DNA of 64,000 bases from a virus (Duplodnaviria > Caudoviricetes), in IMG/VR virus record IMGVR_UViG_3300035424_000154, positions 23,116 to 87,115 of that record; one strand, given 5' to 3'. Both the position numbers and the translations under genes were made by a program. Shown here piece after piece: positions 44,501 through 53,971 of this stretch (the first letter of the stretch is position 1; the number at the start of each line of letters is the position of its first letter). The notes beneath the pieces were generated by a model that ran no database searches, was not told where the DNA came from, and saw nothing but the letters and a program-made list of their open reading frames with translations.

Positions 44501-44710
44501 ATGGTATCAAGTTCAACGGTATCAAGTTCAACGTGTAACTGCTGCATCCATAAAAATGTGTGCGCATTTTGCGAGAAATACGAAAACACAGTGCAGGCAG
44601 TTAGCAAGACGATGGAAGCGATTGAAAACGATATCGAATCGCTCAAAGATTTCAAAATGAATGTTAAGGTGTCATGCCCGCACTATGTACTACCACCCAA
44701 TATTAGGTAA
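44501..44710 (+). CDS. Small hypothetical protein
   Basis: AGGAGG RBS; contains in-frame 15-bp tandem duplication. Confidence 0.5.
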   Translation: MVSSSTVSSSTCNCCIHKNVCAFCEKYENTVQAVSKTMEAIENDIESLKDFKMNVKVSCPHYVLPPNIR

Positions 44711-44725
44711 GTCAAGGAGGAGCAT

Positions 44726-45508
44726 TTGGTGAGTCAGTATAAAATTGGCATTACAGAAGCAGGCGACGCTGGCTTAGATCTCTCTTGGGGTGAAAGGCTC
44801 AGCATTGTTGATGGTGCTGTATTGGTTACAAAGTGCATCTCTCCGGGCTTCCTCGATTTGGCACTGAAACACAAAGACAAACTCATTATACACACCACAT
44901 TTACCGGTTATGGCCGAACTGTGGTTGAACCATGCGTCCCGCCACCTTATGAGGAATACGACGCAATTATACAGCTGGTCAAAAAGGGATTCCCAAAAGA
45001 GCGCATAGTCATTCGAGTTGATCCTATTATCCCCACTCTCAAAGGGACAAGAACTGCACTAAGCGCCATTGAGACATTTATGGATCAAGGGTTCTCCCGC
45101 TATCGTATCAGTGTGATTGATATGTACCCTCATGTGCGAGAGCGCTTCAAGCTGGCGGGGTTGCCGTTGCCTTATGGCGACGGCTTCTCTCCCAGCCAAG
45201 AGCAACTGGCTCGCGTTGACGAGATGATTAGAATTGCTAAGACATATTGGGCTGAGCAACACGATCTTCCGCTTCGCATTGAAGCGTGTACAGAACCGGG
45301 CTTGACTGAGCCAATCGCCTGTGGCTGCATCTCTGCTTACGATTTAACACTTCTTGGCCTATGTGATGAGCAACCTGACAGTATTGGATATCAGCGCAAG
45401 AATTGTATGTGCTACTCCGGTAAAACAGAGCTTTTGCAATATCGGCAACAATGTCCGCATGGTTGCTTGTATTGCTATTGGAAGCCAAAGAAAGACGGTG
45501 TGCCATGA
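44726..45508 (+). CDS. DUF1848/SplB-like Fe-S protein
   Basis: IRVDPIIP, C-terminal CMC..CPHGCLYCYW. Confidence 0.55.
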   Translation: MVSQYKIGITEAGDAGLDLSWGERLSIVDGAVLVTKCISPGFLDLALKHKDKLIIHTTFTGYGRTVVEPCVPPPYEEYDAIIQLVKKGFPKERIVIRVDPIIPTLKGTRTALSAIETFMDQGFSRYRISVIDMYPHVRERFKLAGLPLPYGDGFSPSQEQLARVDEMIRIAKTYWAEQHDLPLRIEACTEPGLTEPIACGCISAYDLTLLGLCDEQPDSIGYQRKNCMCYSGKTELLQYRQQCPHGCLYCYWKPKKDGVP

Positions 45509-45687
45509 TTCAGGTGGAAGGTTATAAGGCATTTCGGGGCACAATGCAAATCACCCCCAAAAATCCAATGTTCCCTCAGCAAAAGATTCATGGCGATTGG
45601 CTGTATAAGCCGGAACATGACTGTTGGTATGGGCGCGGCCAGAGCTTTATGGCTGAGATTTGTGAGGTTATCACAGATGAAACCTAA
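45505..45687 (+). CDS. Small hypothetical protein
   Basis: ATGA overlap with upstream stop. Confidence 0.45.
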   Translation: MIQVEGYKAFRGTMQITPKNPMFPQQKIHGDWLYKPEHDCWYGRGQSFMAEICEVITDET

Positions 45688-46042
45688 TGATCTACAAAAT
45701 GCCGGGTGCGCAAATTGTCCAGTACAAAAGTGCGACGCTATGTATCGTGGCTCTCGTTGCTCTGCATATAGAGTGCGTGTAGGTGTTGACTTTGATCCGC
45801 AAACCAATTTCGAGATGCTTTTCCGTTTAGATCAAGATGAACTGCGTTCCTTGTTAGTTGATTACTTTTATCAGTGGGCAGGTTGCGAGGATAGCTATAT
45901 TTACGATTTGATGCGAACAAAGGAAGCGTTCGCCATTGGCACAATGACCTTTGATGACTTTGTGCCATGGAGTGAAGAAAGAGTTGCGGAACTTGTTGAT
46001 GACTTTATAGCATGGCTAAAAGAGCCGGCTAACAAAAAGTGA
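45677..46042 (+). CDS. Hypothetical protein
   Basis: GAGG RBS, overlap coupling; YIYDLMRTKEAF. Confidence 0.5.
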   Translation: MKPNDLQNAGCANCPVQKCDAMYRGSRCSAYRVRVGVDFDPQTNFEMLFRLDQDELRSLLVDYFYQWAGCEDSYIYDLMRTKEAFAIGTMTFDDFVPWSEERVAELVDDFIAWLKEPANKK

Positions 46043-46056
46043 AAGGATGATAAACA

Positions 46057-46596
46057 ATGCTTATCGTTAATCTGTATGGTGCTCCTGGTGCGGGCAAATC
46101 TACCGGGGCAGCTTACGTCTTTTCTCAGCTGAAGATGCACGGTATCAATGCTGAGTTGGTAACGGAGTTTGCCAAGGATAAGGTGTGGGAGGAGAGCAAA
46201 GCTGTCTTCCAGAACCAAGCGTACATCTTCGGCAAACAGTATTTCCGCATCAGCCGCGTTCAGGGCAAGGTAGATGTGGTTATCACAGATTCGCCCATTC
46301 TGCTGTCTCCCTTCTATGCCAACGATCCGGTGTTGGGCGAGGAGTTTGACCAGCTGGTTACTAAGGTGGCAAAATCCTTCGACTCTATGAACGTTTTTAT
46401 CAACCGCACAAAGCCCTACAATGGCGCTGGCCGCTTCCAGACCGAGGCCGAGAGCGACGCCCTTTCCCGTGAGCTGCGTGAGTTTTTGATCGCACACAAC
46501 GTTGCCTGCCACAACTATAACGGTGATGTGGAGGGTTACAATGCACTGGTGGCCGATATCCTTAATCGGCTCAATACAAAGAAAGAGGTGGAATGA
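46057..46596 (+). CDS. AAA_28/NadR-like P-loop kinase
   Basis: YGAPGAGKST, EFAKD, ITDSP, GRFQ. Confidence 0.75.
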   Translation: MLIVNLYGAPGAGKSTGAAYVFSQLKMHGINAELVTEFAKDKVWEESKAVFQNQAYIFGKQYFRISRVQGKVDVVITDSPILLSPFYANDPVLGEEFDQLVTKVAKSFDSMNVFINRTKPYNGAGRFQTEAESDALSRELREFLIAHNVACHNYNGDVEGYNALVADILNRLNTKKEVE

Positions 46597-46597
46597 T

Positions 46598-47254
46598 ATG
46601 GCAAGGGTTTATATATGTGATGCTTGTGGAGCAGTCATTGAAAATCCGCACAGTCAGGAGATGAAGGAGTTCTATTTAACCGGAAGCTATGAGATGGGTA
46701 CGGTTTTCAAGAACACCGCCGAGGCAAAAAAGACAGTTCATCTCTGTGAAAGCTGCTATCATGCGCTCTATCGCATTTCCGAGGGTGCAAAAATGCCTGA
46801 TCCGCCCGAGCCGCCCGATAACCAGACAATCAAGATCAAGTATCTGAGTGACGAAATTGACAAGCTGGACTACATCGCTGGCAAGTCTGACTGGGTTGAC
46901 CTGCGGGCAGCTGAAACTGTGGAGCTGAAGAAAGGCGAGTACAAGTTGATTCCGCTGGGGATCGCCATGCAGCTTCCGGCTGGCTATGAGGCGTATATGA
47001 TTCCTCGTAGTTCCACATTCAAAAACTTCGGTGTTATCCAGGCCAACCATGTAGGCATGATTGACGAGAGCTATTGTGGCGACAGCGATCAATGGTACTT
47101 TGCGGCTATTGCCATGCGCGACACCGTGATCCATGTGAATGACCGTATCTGCCAATTCCGCATTATGAAGCACCAGCCCCAGTTGACCTTTGAAGCTACA
47201 GATACTTTGGGCAATATCAGCCGTGGCGGATTTGGCACCACGAGAAAGCAATGA
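46598..47254 (+). CDS. dut: Trimeric dUTPase with N-terminal Zn-ribbon extension
   Basis: WVDLRAA, PRSS, GMIDESYCG, RICQF, RGGFG; CDAC..CESC N-terminus. Confidence 0.88.
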   Translation: MARVYICDACGAVIENPHSQEMKEFYLTGSYEMGTVFKNTAEAKKTVHLCESCYHALYRISEGAKMPDPPEPPDNQTIKIKYLSDEIDKLDYIAGKSDWVDLRAAETVELKKGEYKLIPLGIAMQLPAGYEAYMIPRSSTFKNFGVIQANHVGMIDESYCGDSDQWYFAAIAMRDTVIHVNDRICQFRIMKHQPQLTFEATDTLGNISRGGFGTTRKQ

Positions 47255-47589
47255 GGTGTGCCAGTATGGTCGGAGATAGAAGATATGTGATTGTAAGCAA
47301 TGAACATTCCTCATGGCCTAATGGTGCGCTACTCTTTTGGGGGCGGCGCACCAAGGATGACCAAAAGCGGAGCTTTGGTGGGTATACTACTCGATTCGAC
47401 CAATGTGAACGGTATACCAAAGAGGAAATTGAGGAGTGACGTGGCGGACTAAAAACTCAGTACCCATTCTTTGACGAAATTCAGCTGGCCTCTCTTTCTG
47501 ACTTCCTAAAGCATAATGAAGTGGTTTGTACACTGGAAGATTTGCAAAGCCTTGGTTATTCGCTCTGGAACGTGGTTATGAGAGTCTAA
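47251..47589 (+). pseudogene. Hypothetical ORF interrupted by one in-frame TGA (47437-39)
   Basis: Frame stays open 49 more codons after TGA to TAA 47587-89. Confidence 0.5.
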
Positions 47590-47633
47590 GAAGTGAATGA
47601 AACATACATTTCATAAATACAGGGGGTGATTAA

Positions 47634-47909
47634 ATGGCTGAATATCATGTTGGTTGTGGGGCGTTTGCAATATATGCAGGAACCCTAAACAGCAAAAACA
47701 AGAGCCTTTGGCAGAACAAGACAGAATGTACTGACGAAGCATTGTGTGCAGTTAGAGACTACATGGTTCAAGAGCTGCTTGGAGGTATTGGTTGTCCAAA
47801 GGCAACATCGAGTGGTTATGAGTGGACATTAAAAGATGGCCGCACAGTGGAGCTTCGAGTGACGATAAAAAATCCGCCAGATTGTGATGCTCAGGAAACT
47901 GAAAACTAA
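47634..47909 (+). CDS. Hypothetical phage protein
   Basis: GGGGGTG RBS; MAEYHVGCG..IYAGTL. Confidence 0.6.
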   Translation: MAEYHVGCGAFAIYAGTLNSKNKSLWQNKTECTDEALCAVRDYMVQELLGGIGCPKATSSGYEWTLKDGRTVELRVTIKNPPDCDAQETEN

Positions 47910-47932
47910 AAAGTCCTTGGAACTCTAATAAA

Positions 47933-47958
47933 AACCTGCCCGCTATTGCGGGCAGGTT
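47933..47958. terminator. Bidirectional terminator
   Basis: AACCTGCCCGC-TATT-GCGGGCAGGTT between convergent genes. Confidence 0.8.
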
Positions 47959-47963
47959 AAGAA

Positions 47964-48170
47964 TCACACTTCAATTCCGAGCTTCTTTGCGATTTCCTCT
48001 GGTGTCATTCCAGCTTCTTTAGCTTTTGCCATAACAGTCTTCATGTTGACTGGGTGGAGAAGTTTTTGCTTCTGAGCTTCAAGTGCATTGATCTCAGCCT
48101 GCTTTTTTGCAATCTTTTGGTCAAGCAATGCGACTCTCTCATCGACGGACTTCATGATACGTGCAGCCAT
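47964..48170 (-). CDS. Small coiled-coil protein with terminal HTH-like helix (reverse-strand moron)
   Basis: AAGGAGG RBS on minus strand; AT-rich upstream; own terminator. Confidence 0.7.
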   Translation of the reverse strand: MAARIMKSVDERVALLDQKIAKKQAEINALEAQKQKLLHPVNMKTVMAKAKEAGMTPEEIAKKLGIEV

Positions 48171-48254
48171 ATAGTTGGCCTCCTTAATCTATGATATTAA
48201 AAGTATATCTAAAATTTTGATATAAGTCAATGAAAATTTCTCACGATAGGAAAG

Positions 48255-48569
48255 GTGATAAATATGAAGGGTCTATTTTTGAAACGTGGACGTGGCAAAA
48301 CAACGGCCTCCATTTATACGTCCGCTATGACTGGTTGTCCCATTGTTGTGGCTAATGAAATTAGCAAACACTATATTAAGGAGAAAGCAACAGAACTTGG
48401 CGTTACTATTCCAGATCCGATTTCCATTTATGAGTGCGCTCGTGGAAAGAAATTCCCCAATGGCGTATTGATTGATAACGCTGAAGCGGTAATCAAAGCG
48501 TGGGCGCAAGAGAACTTAAACGCACCCGTTGTCGCTTTTACCATGAGTATTGATGGTGATAGTGTATGA
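48255..48569 (+). CDS. Small P-loop-like protein
   Basis: RGRGKTT, VLIDN. Confidence 0.5.
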   Translation: MINMKGLFLKRGRGKTTASIYTSAMTGCPIVVANEISKHYIKEKATELGVTIPDPISIYECARGKKFPNGVLIDNAEAVIKAWAQENLNAPVVAFTMSIDGDSV

Positions 48570-49423
48570 GTATCCTTCCTAATTCCGTTATCAATGGGAA
48601 TTGTCTGGAGGTAATGAAGGAGATCAACGACGCCAGCATTGATATGATTCTATGTGATTTGCCGTATGGTGCCACACAAAACAAGTGGGATACCGTTATC
48701 TCGCCTACTCTACTATGGGAACAATACGAACGGATCATTAAGCCTAACGGTGCGATTCTTCTTTTCGGCCAAGACAAGTTTACAGCGACCATGATGCTTT
48801 CAAACCCTAAGCTCCACCGATACAATATCATTTGGGACAAGGTTCTCAAAAGTGGTTTTCTTAACGCTAAGAAAATGCCGCTCCGAGAGCATGAAGATAT
48901 CATGGTGTTCTACAAATCACCGCCACCCTACCATCCACAAATGACAATCGGTGAGAAAAATCACACCAAGGGTAAAGCAGTTGGTAAGCAGGCTGAGGAC
49001 GTACACTCCAACCGTAGCTATGGAGATTATACACTGGTGGAGTCTCCTGACACCAATTTGAAGTATCCGGCGTCGATTTGGCGTTTCCCCAAACCTCATC
49101 CATCTGTAGCACTTCATGCAACCGAGAAACCTATTGAATTGCTCCGCTATGCCATCCGTACCTACACTGACGAAGGGGCGGTTGTCTTAGACAACTGTTG
49201 CGGCACTGGCTCTACCTTGATTGCAGCCAAGCTGGAGGGACGAAAATACATAGGAATTGACAACGGTGTATGTGACAAGAAGAAAAGCCCATACTTTGGA
49301 CTGCCTTGGGCACAGGTAGCCCAAATCAGATTGGAGGCGATTAGTCGTGAATCTGCCAATGAACCTAAGAGATCTCAACCTGTGGAACCAGAAAGTCCTG
49401 CGAGGCTTTGCGCTCCCGCATAA
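48566..49423 (+). CDS. N4/N6 DNA methyltransferase (beta class)
   Basis: CDLPYG, HATEKP, VLDNCCGTGST. Confidence 0.88.
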   Translation: MSILPNSVINGNCLEVMKEINDASIDMILCDLPYGATQNKWDTVISPTLLWEQYERIIKPNGAILLFGQDKFTATMMLSNPKLHRYNIIWDKVLKSGFLNAKKMPLREHEDIMVFYKSPPPYHPQMTIGEKNHTKGKAVGKQAEDVHSNRSYGDYTLVESPDTNLKYPASIWRFPKPHPSVALHATEKPIELLRYAIRTYTDEGAVVLDNCCGTGSTLIAAKLEGRKYIGIDNGVCDKKKSPYFGLPWAQVAQIRLEAISRESANEPKRSQPVEPESPARLCAPA

Positions 49424-49886
49424 TGATGGTACCAATTATCATATTGGCGATGCGGTAGGTATCCAAGAACCATTTAGGCGTTTGCTGGTAGTTGAGGATA
49501 CTGCTGATCTGAAGCAACAGAAAGTCACAGCGGGCGTCATTTATCGTTCTGATGGTGAATATGCGTGGGCCAAAGATGCAACCGCCAATTTCCAAGAGGC
49601 AAAACGATGGAGTCCTGCAAGCCAACTTCCAGATTATGCAATTCGCTATAAGGCAACGGTTACAAAATTTGAAGTCAAACCGCTTCAGTCGTTCACTGAT
49701 GAAGATATCCAGCTGCTGTGTCTTGACTATGCGTCTCAGCAAAATCCACAGATTCTGTTGCCAGATTTCGTACCCATTAAGAATTTTGAGCTACTATTCA
49801 GCTGGTGGCAACAGCACTATCGGCGCACACTCAAAGATGGGGACAATCCTACAGCGGTTATCTTTCATCTTGTTTCAACAACATAA
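49347..49886 (+). CDS. Hypothetical phage protein
   Basis: 179-aa ORF; start uncertain. Confidence 0.5.
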   Translation: MNLPMNLRDLNLWNQKVLRGFALPHNDGTNYHIGDAVGIQEPFRRLLVVEDTADLKQQKVTAGVIYRSDGEYAWAKDATANFQEAKRWSPASQLPDYAIRYKATVTKFEVKPLQSFTDEDIQLLCLDYASQQNPQILLPDFVPIKNFELLFSWWQQHYRRTLKDGDNPTAVIFHLVSTT

Positions 49887-49899
49887 AAAATCTTTCATA

Positions 49900-49916
49900 G
49901 AGACACAAAAACATAA
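49900..49916 (+). promoter_or_regulatory. Element-wide intergenic motif, copy 9
   Basis: GAGACACAAAAACATAA upstream of -35. Confidence 0.6.
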
Positions 49917-49926
49917 CACTCCCCTC

Positions 49927-49955
49927 TTGACAAAGGAGGGGAGCTGTGCTATTCT
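49927..49955 (+). promoter_or_regulatory. Sigma-A promoter whose -35 lies in the loop of an inverted repeat
   Basis: TTGACA(49927-32)-17 bp-TG.TATTCT(49950-55); CTCCCCTC..GAGGGGAG flanks the -35. Confidence 0.7.
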
Positions 49956-49965
49956 TAGACTGTAA

Positions 49966-49982
49966 GAGCCACAAATACATAA
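49966..49982 (+). promoter_or_regulatory. Element-wide intergenic motif, copy 10
   Basis: GAGCCACAAATACATAA before AGGAGG. Confidence 0.7.
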
Positions 49983-49998
49983 TTAGGAGGTTTTTGAT

Positions 49999-50454
49999 AT
50001 GACGGCTGTTATGGTAAAACACACTGGGGAGAGCAAGGGCTACTGGTTTGAAGCACCGAATAGCCTTGCCGACAAGATCCAGCCTGGTACACACGTTATC
50101 TGTGATACGGCTATTGGTCAGCAGCGGGGCAAGGTGATCGGTACACTCATCAGCAATGGTGAGGATGAGGCAAAGGAGATCATGACTTCTGCCGGCGCTA
50201 AATTCCCGCTCCGCAAAGTCACTGCAGTGGAGTGCCACGTCCCCATTGAGGAGATTAAGGTTCCCTCATATCTGACCCACAGCACTCCCAGCGAAGACAA
50301 AATCGTGAAGCGCTTTCTGGAGTATTACCACACTGGGCGGTTCAACACCAAAGTGACGGTGGACGATGATGGCGTACTCACAGATGGCTACACTGCCTAC
50401 AAGGTGGCTAAGTTGCTCCACCTCACATACCTTATCGTTGTGATAAAGGGTTAG
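49999..50454 (+). CDS. Hypothetical protein
   Basis: AGGAGG RBS; DGYTAY near C-terminus resembles a ParB-like motif. Confidence 0.55.
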   Translation: MTAVMVKHTGESKGYWFEAPNSLADKIQPGTHVICDTAIGQQRGKVIGTLISNGEDEAKEIMTSAGAKFPLRKVTAVECHVPIEEIKVPSYLTHSTPSEDKIVKRFLEYYHTGRFNTKVTVDDDGVLTDGYTAYKVAKLLHLTYLIVVIKG

Positions 50455-50464
50455 GAGGCGCACA

Positions 50465-51301
50465 ATGGCAAACAAGAAAGACGCTCTGGGCGACCGTATG
50501 AAGGGTTATGAGAATATCACTCGAAATTATCTGACCCGCCGAGTACCAGCCATTATCCGTTTGGACGGCAAAGCATTTCATACTTTCACCAGAGGCATGG
50601 TCAAGCCCTTTGATCCTATCATGACTCAGGCCATGCAGCAAACGATGAAGTCTCTCTGCGAAAACATCCAGGGGTGTGTTTTGGGCTATACACAGTCCGA
50701 CGAAATTACACTGGTGCTGACCGACTATGCAACTATCAAAACGGATGCTTGGTTCGGCTATAACATCCAAAAGGCCGTAAGTGTCGCTGCTTCTATGGCA
50801 ACATTGGCTTTTGACCGTGAGTTTATTATCGCTCATGGTGACTGGTTTGACAAGAGTTTTGATAATGGCGAATCTGATCAGCCTGGTTTCTTACAGTTGG
50901 ACAGCCTCTACACCAGCAGACAGCATTGTGCTATGTTTGACGCTCGTATCTTCTCTATTCCCAAAGAGGAAGTTTGCAACTGCCTGATTTGGCGGCAGCA
51001 AGACGCCACTCGCAACAGTATTGAAGCGGTTGGGCAGGCATTTTTCTCCCAGAAAGAATTGGACAAGAAAAACCAAAGTGATATTCAGGAAATGCTTTGG
51101 TCGAAATTTGGCATCAACTGGAACAACCTTCCTGTTGAAAACAAGCGTGGTTCCTGCTGTATCAAGCAATCCTTCCAGACGCCCATGGACGATCCCCGTA
51201 ATCCCGGCCAGCAAATCACTGTTGCTCGTAGAAGATGGATAGTCGATAACGAAATCCCTATCTTTACTCAGGATAGGGAATACATCGAAAAACTGCTGTG
51301 A
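50465..51301 (+). CDS. Thg1-like protein (tRNA-His guanylyltransferase family, 3'-5' polymerase)
   Basis: IIRLDGKAFHTFT, GYTQSDEI, FDARIF, WRQQDATRNS. Confidence 0.92.
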   Translation: MANKKDALGDRMKGYENITRNYLTRRVPAIIRLDGKAFHTFTRGMVKPFDPIMTQAMQQTMKSLCENIQGCVLGYTQSDEITLVLTDYATIKTDAWFGYNIQKAVSVAASMATLAFDREFIIAHGDWFDKSFDNGESDQPGFLQLDSLYTSRQHCAMFDARIFSIPKEEVCNCLIWRQQDATRNSIEAVGQAFFSQKELDKKNQSDIQEMLWSKFGINWNNLPVENKRGSCCIKQSFQTPMDDPRNPGQQITVARRRWIVDNEIPIFTQDREYIEKLL

Positions 51302-51311
51302 GGTGATTTGA

Positions 51312-51512
51312 ATGGCTGACGAGATTATCAAACTGTTTGAATATTTCAAAAACGATCCCATGATTCAAACAGTGGCTACCGGATACGCAATCTATGCCAT
51401 CATTGTTGTGGTGCTGTGCATCCTCATCTTTGCTGTTGTGGTCTGGAAAATGATCCAGCACACCCGCAACTTCCGCTCATTCACAAAACGCAAAAGGAGG
51501 AACCGTCTGTGA
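51312..51512 (+). CDS. Small single-TM membrane protein
   Basis: Long hydrophobic helix, basic C-terminus. Confidence 0.55.
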   Translation: MADEIIKLFEYFKNDPMIQTVATGYAIYAIIVVVLCILIFAVVVWKMIQHTRNFRSFTKRKRRNRL

Positions 51513-52663
51513 ACTATATTTATCAGGAACCTCTGGCGTTCGATAAAGGCGTCGGAGTCGTACTCGGCTCGTTCTCTCCGCTTCATAAAGGGCATCTTGA
51601 CCTGATTTATCAGGCGAAGAAAGAGTGTATGGGTGGCGCTCTTGTGGTTGTCTGTGGCTACGATAACGATAAGGGCTGGCCTAAAATGACACTGAAAGAA
51701 CGTTACCAGATGGTGCGCCAGTATTTCCGTGATGACCCGCTCGTTGCTGTATATGCTCTTTCTGACGACGAAATGGGTATTGCCGAATACGCTACTCGGC
51801 AGAATGAGTGGCAATGGGGGATTTGGCTCGACCATCTTTTCAGCGACGTAATTGCTACCAATAACCCAAGCACTAAAGAAAATCCGGTGTATAAAGAATT
51901 TGTGGCAAAACAGCTTACCTTCTACACTGGCGAGCAGTCATACAGTGATGATCTCCAAGCGTTGGGCTACAAGACAGCGCTCCTGAATCGGCAGCTCAAC
52001 CTGATTAGTGGCACCATGATCCGCGAAAATCCCATTCGGTATTGGGACGAGATTGCTTGGACATATCACCGGAAGTTCAGTCACAACATTCTAATCACTG
52101 GCACCGCTTCTGAGGGCAAGACAACTCTGGTTGAGGATATTGGGCGATACTTCAATCTGCCGTACTCCTTCGAGTGGGCACGGAGCTACATCGAAAAGCA
52201 CATGATTGGCGACTGGGAGTTTGACGCTCGGGATTTCTTGGCGTTTCTAACCGGACAGTATAACTACAATCGTGACTGCTTAGAAAGCCCACACAACAAT
52301 GGCATCTTTGTTTCTGACACTGATTGTATCGTTACCAAAATGTATGCCAAGTATTACGCCATGGACGAAGACATGGCACTGACCATGGATGAATACCTAA
52401 ACATCATCGAGCCGGTGGCTGATACCTTTATCAAAAAATCTCACTGGGACAAAATCTTCATGGTGTTGCCCAGGGGACAATTTGTTGACGATCACACCCG
52501 CTACATGAAGCATAGCTCTATCAAAGCAAGGGAGGAGCTGGCAAGCATCCTATTGGATGAATTGGACAAAGCTGGTTTACGGGACAAGGTGGAAATCATC
52601 GACAGCGGCTATCAGAGCAATTTCAACCGCGTCAAAAACTACATCAAAGAAATTGGGGGCTGA
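51509..52663 (+). CDS. nadR: NadR-like NMN adenylyltransferase / nicotinamide riboside kinase
   Basis: GSFSPLHKGH (HxGH), ISGTMIREN, ITGTASEGKTT, EWARSY, SDTD. Confidence 0.88.
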   Translation: MNYIYQEPLAFDKGVGVVLGSFSPLHKGHLDLIYQAKKECMGGALVVVCGYDNDKGWPKMTLKERYQMVRQYFRDDPLVAVYALSDDEMGIAEYATRQNEWQWGIWLDHLFSDVIATNNPSTKENPVYKEFVAKQLTFYTGEQSYSDDLQALGYKTALLNRQLNLISGTMIRENPIRYWDEIAWTYHRKFSHNILITGTASEGKTTLVEDIGRYFNLPYSFEWARSYIEKHMIGDWEFDARDFLAFLTGQYNYNRDCLESPHNNGIFVSDTDCIVTKMYAKYYAMDEDMALTMDEYLNIIEPVADTFIKKSHWDKIFMVLPRGQFVDDHTRYMKHSSIKAREELASILLDELDKAGLRDKVEIIDSGYQSNFNRVKNYIKEIGG

Positions 52664-52668
52664 TTCCA

Positions 52669-53400
52669 ATGAACAAAATCAAAACCGTTCTGAAAAACGA
52701 GTTCGTTTCTGGCAAAACATGGTTCGACTGGGCGTTCCTGGCCGTTGGCCTGATTCTTCAGGTCATCGCAATCGTTACCGGCTTCGTGAGCGGCGAGCCT
52801 GAGAGCGTTGGTCTGATCATCTCTGGTTTGGCCGGAGTTGTCTCCGTGGTGCTGTGCAGCCAAGGGAAAATTTCTTTCTACCTGTTCGGCTTTGTGCAGC
52901 TGTTTACTTACGTGTTCTGCTTCTCTATCCCCAATGGTCTGCATGGCGAGACAATCGAAAATGGTATGTACTTCATCACCATGCTTTATGGGATGTACGC
53001 TTGGTGGAAGCGGTACGGGCAGAACACGAAAACAGAATCGCTCGAAATCCATGCTCGTAAGCTCGGTGTGGTAGGGAATATCGTAACTGCTGGCATTTTT
53101 GTGGTGGGTGTTATCGCCTATTACATCTTCTTGAAAAACGTGCCCATGTTCGGTATCCTCGACTCCGATCCCTTTGTCGATTCCCTTACCTCTGTGCCTG
53201 CATACATTGCACAAATCTTCATGGTGCTTGGCTTCAGAGAGCAGTGGATCTATTGGCTGATTCTTGATGTGGGCAGTGTGGTCTTGGCTATTCGTGCCGG
53301 CTCTCTGGTCATGACCGCACAGTTTATCTTCTGGACGCTTAACTGCATTTATGGCTACGTCAACTGGACACAGCTCTCCCGAGGAGGTAATCGGGCATGA
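52669..53400 (+). CDS. pnuC: Nicotinamide riboside transporter
   Basis: Multi-TM; QGK, DSLTS, REQWIYWLILD. Confidence 0.88.
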   Translation: MNKIKTVLKNEFVSGKTWFDWAFLAVGLILQVIAIVTGFVSGEPESVGLIISGLAGVVSVVLCSQGKISFYLFGFVQLFTYVFCFSIPNGLHGETIENGMYFITMLYGMYAWWKRYGQNTKTESLEIHARKLGVVGNIVTAGIFVVGVIAYYIFLKNVPMFGILDSDPFVDSLTSVPAYIAQIFMVLGFREQWIYWLILDVGSVVLAIRAGSLVMTAQFIFWTLNCIYGYVNWTQLSRGGNRA

Positions 53401-53600
53401 GAGATCCGAAACGAATCGACGATTTCTGCAACCGTTTGAAAGCTGTATGGCACACCGTACCTGACTGGCGTTTCGGCCAGCTGATGATCAACCTTCTGGG
53501 TGATATGAAAGCCTCTGGGCGTGATCCGTTCTTCCCCGAGGATGACGAGATGATCAAGTACCTGGAAGATTACTTCAAGCGGAAGGGTGAAAAGAAATGA
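53397..53600 (+). CDS. Hypothetical phage protein
   Basis: MRDPKRID...PDWRFGQL...FFPED; overlap coupling. Confidence 0.65.
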   Translation: MRDPKRIDDFCNRLKAVWHTVPDWRFGQLMINLLGDMKASGRDPFFPEDDEMIKYLEDYFKRKGEKK

Positions 53601-53971
53601 CCAAACAGGACTTTCATGTTGGTCAAACAGTCTATCTATACCATGAGAGAAACCATTGCAAAGGATCGACCATCGAAGAACGCATCATTGAGACTAAGGT
53701 GATATCAGTCGGCAGAAGGTACTTGGCCGTAAATTATTGGGGCCGAATGGAGTTCGATATGACCAACAACTTCCGGCAGAAAACTATTTACTCTCCAGAG
53801 TTTGTGCTTTATCTCTCCAAAGAAGAAATCTACCTCATGATAGAAACAGAGAACCAACGTCATGTTGTCCGTGACGAATTGGACAGATATCTTAACACAC
53901 TCCCTATGGAGGGGTTGCAAGAGATTATGGCAATCCTTAACAAATATGCGGAGGTGAAAGCTAATGAATAA
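53597..53971 (+). CDS. Hypothetical protein
   Basis: ATGA-coupled ORF. Confidence 0.55.
   Translation: MTKQDFHVGQTVYLYHERNHCKGSTIEERIIETKVISVGRRYLAVNYWGRMEFDMTNNFRQKTIYSPEFVLYLSKEEIYLMIETENQRHVVRDELDRYLNTLPMEGLQEIMAILNKYAEVKANE

Noticed and set aside
44503-44532. 15-bp tandem duplication GGTATCAAGTTCAAC x2
   Set aside because: Only two copies, in frame at the start of a small ORF; likely a simple slippage duplication
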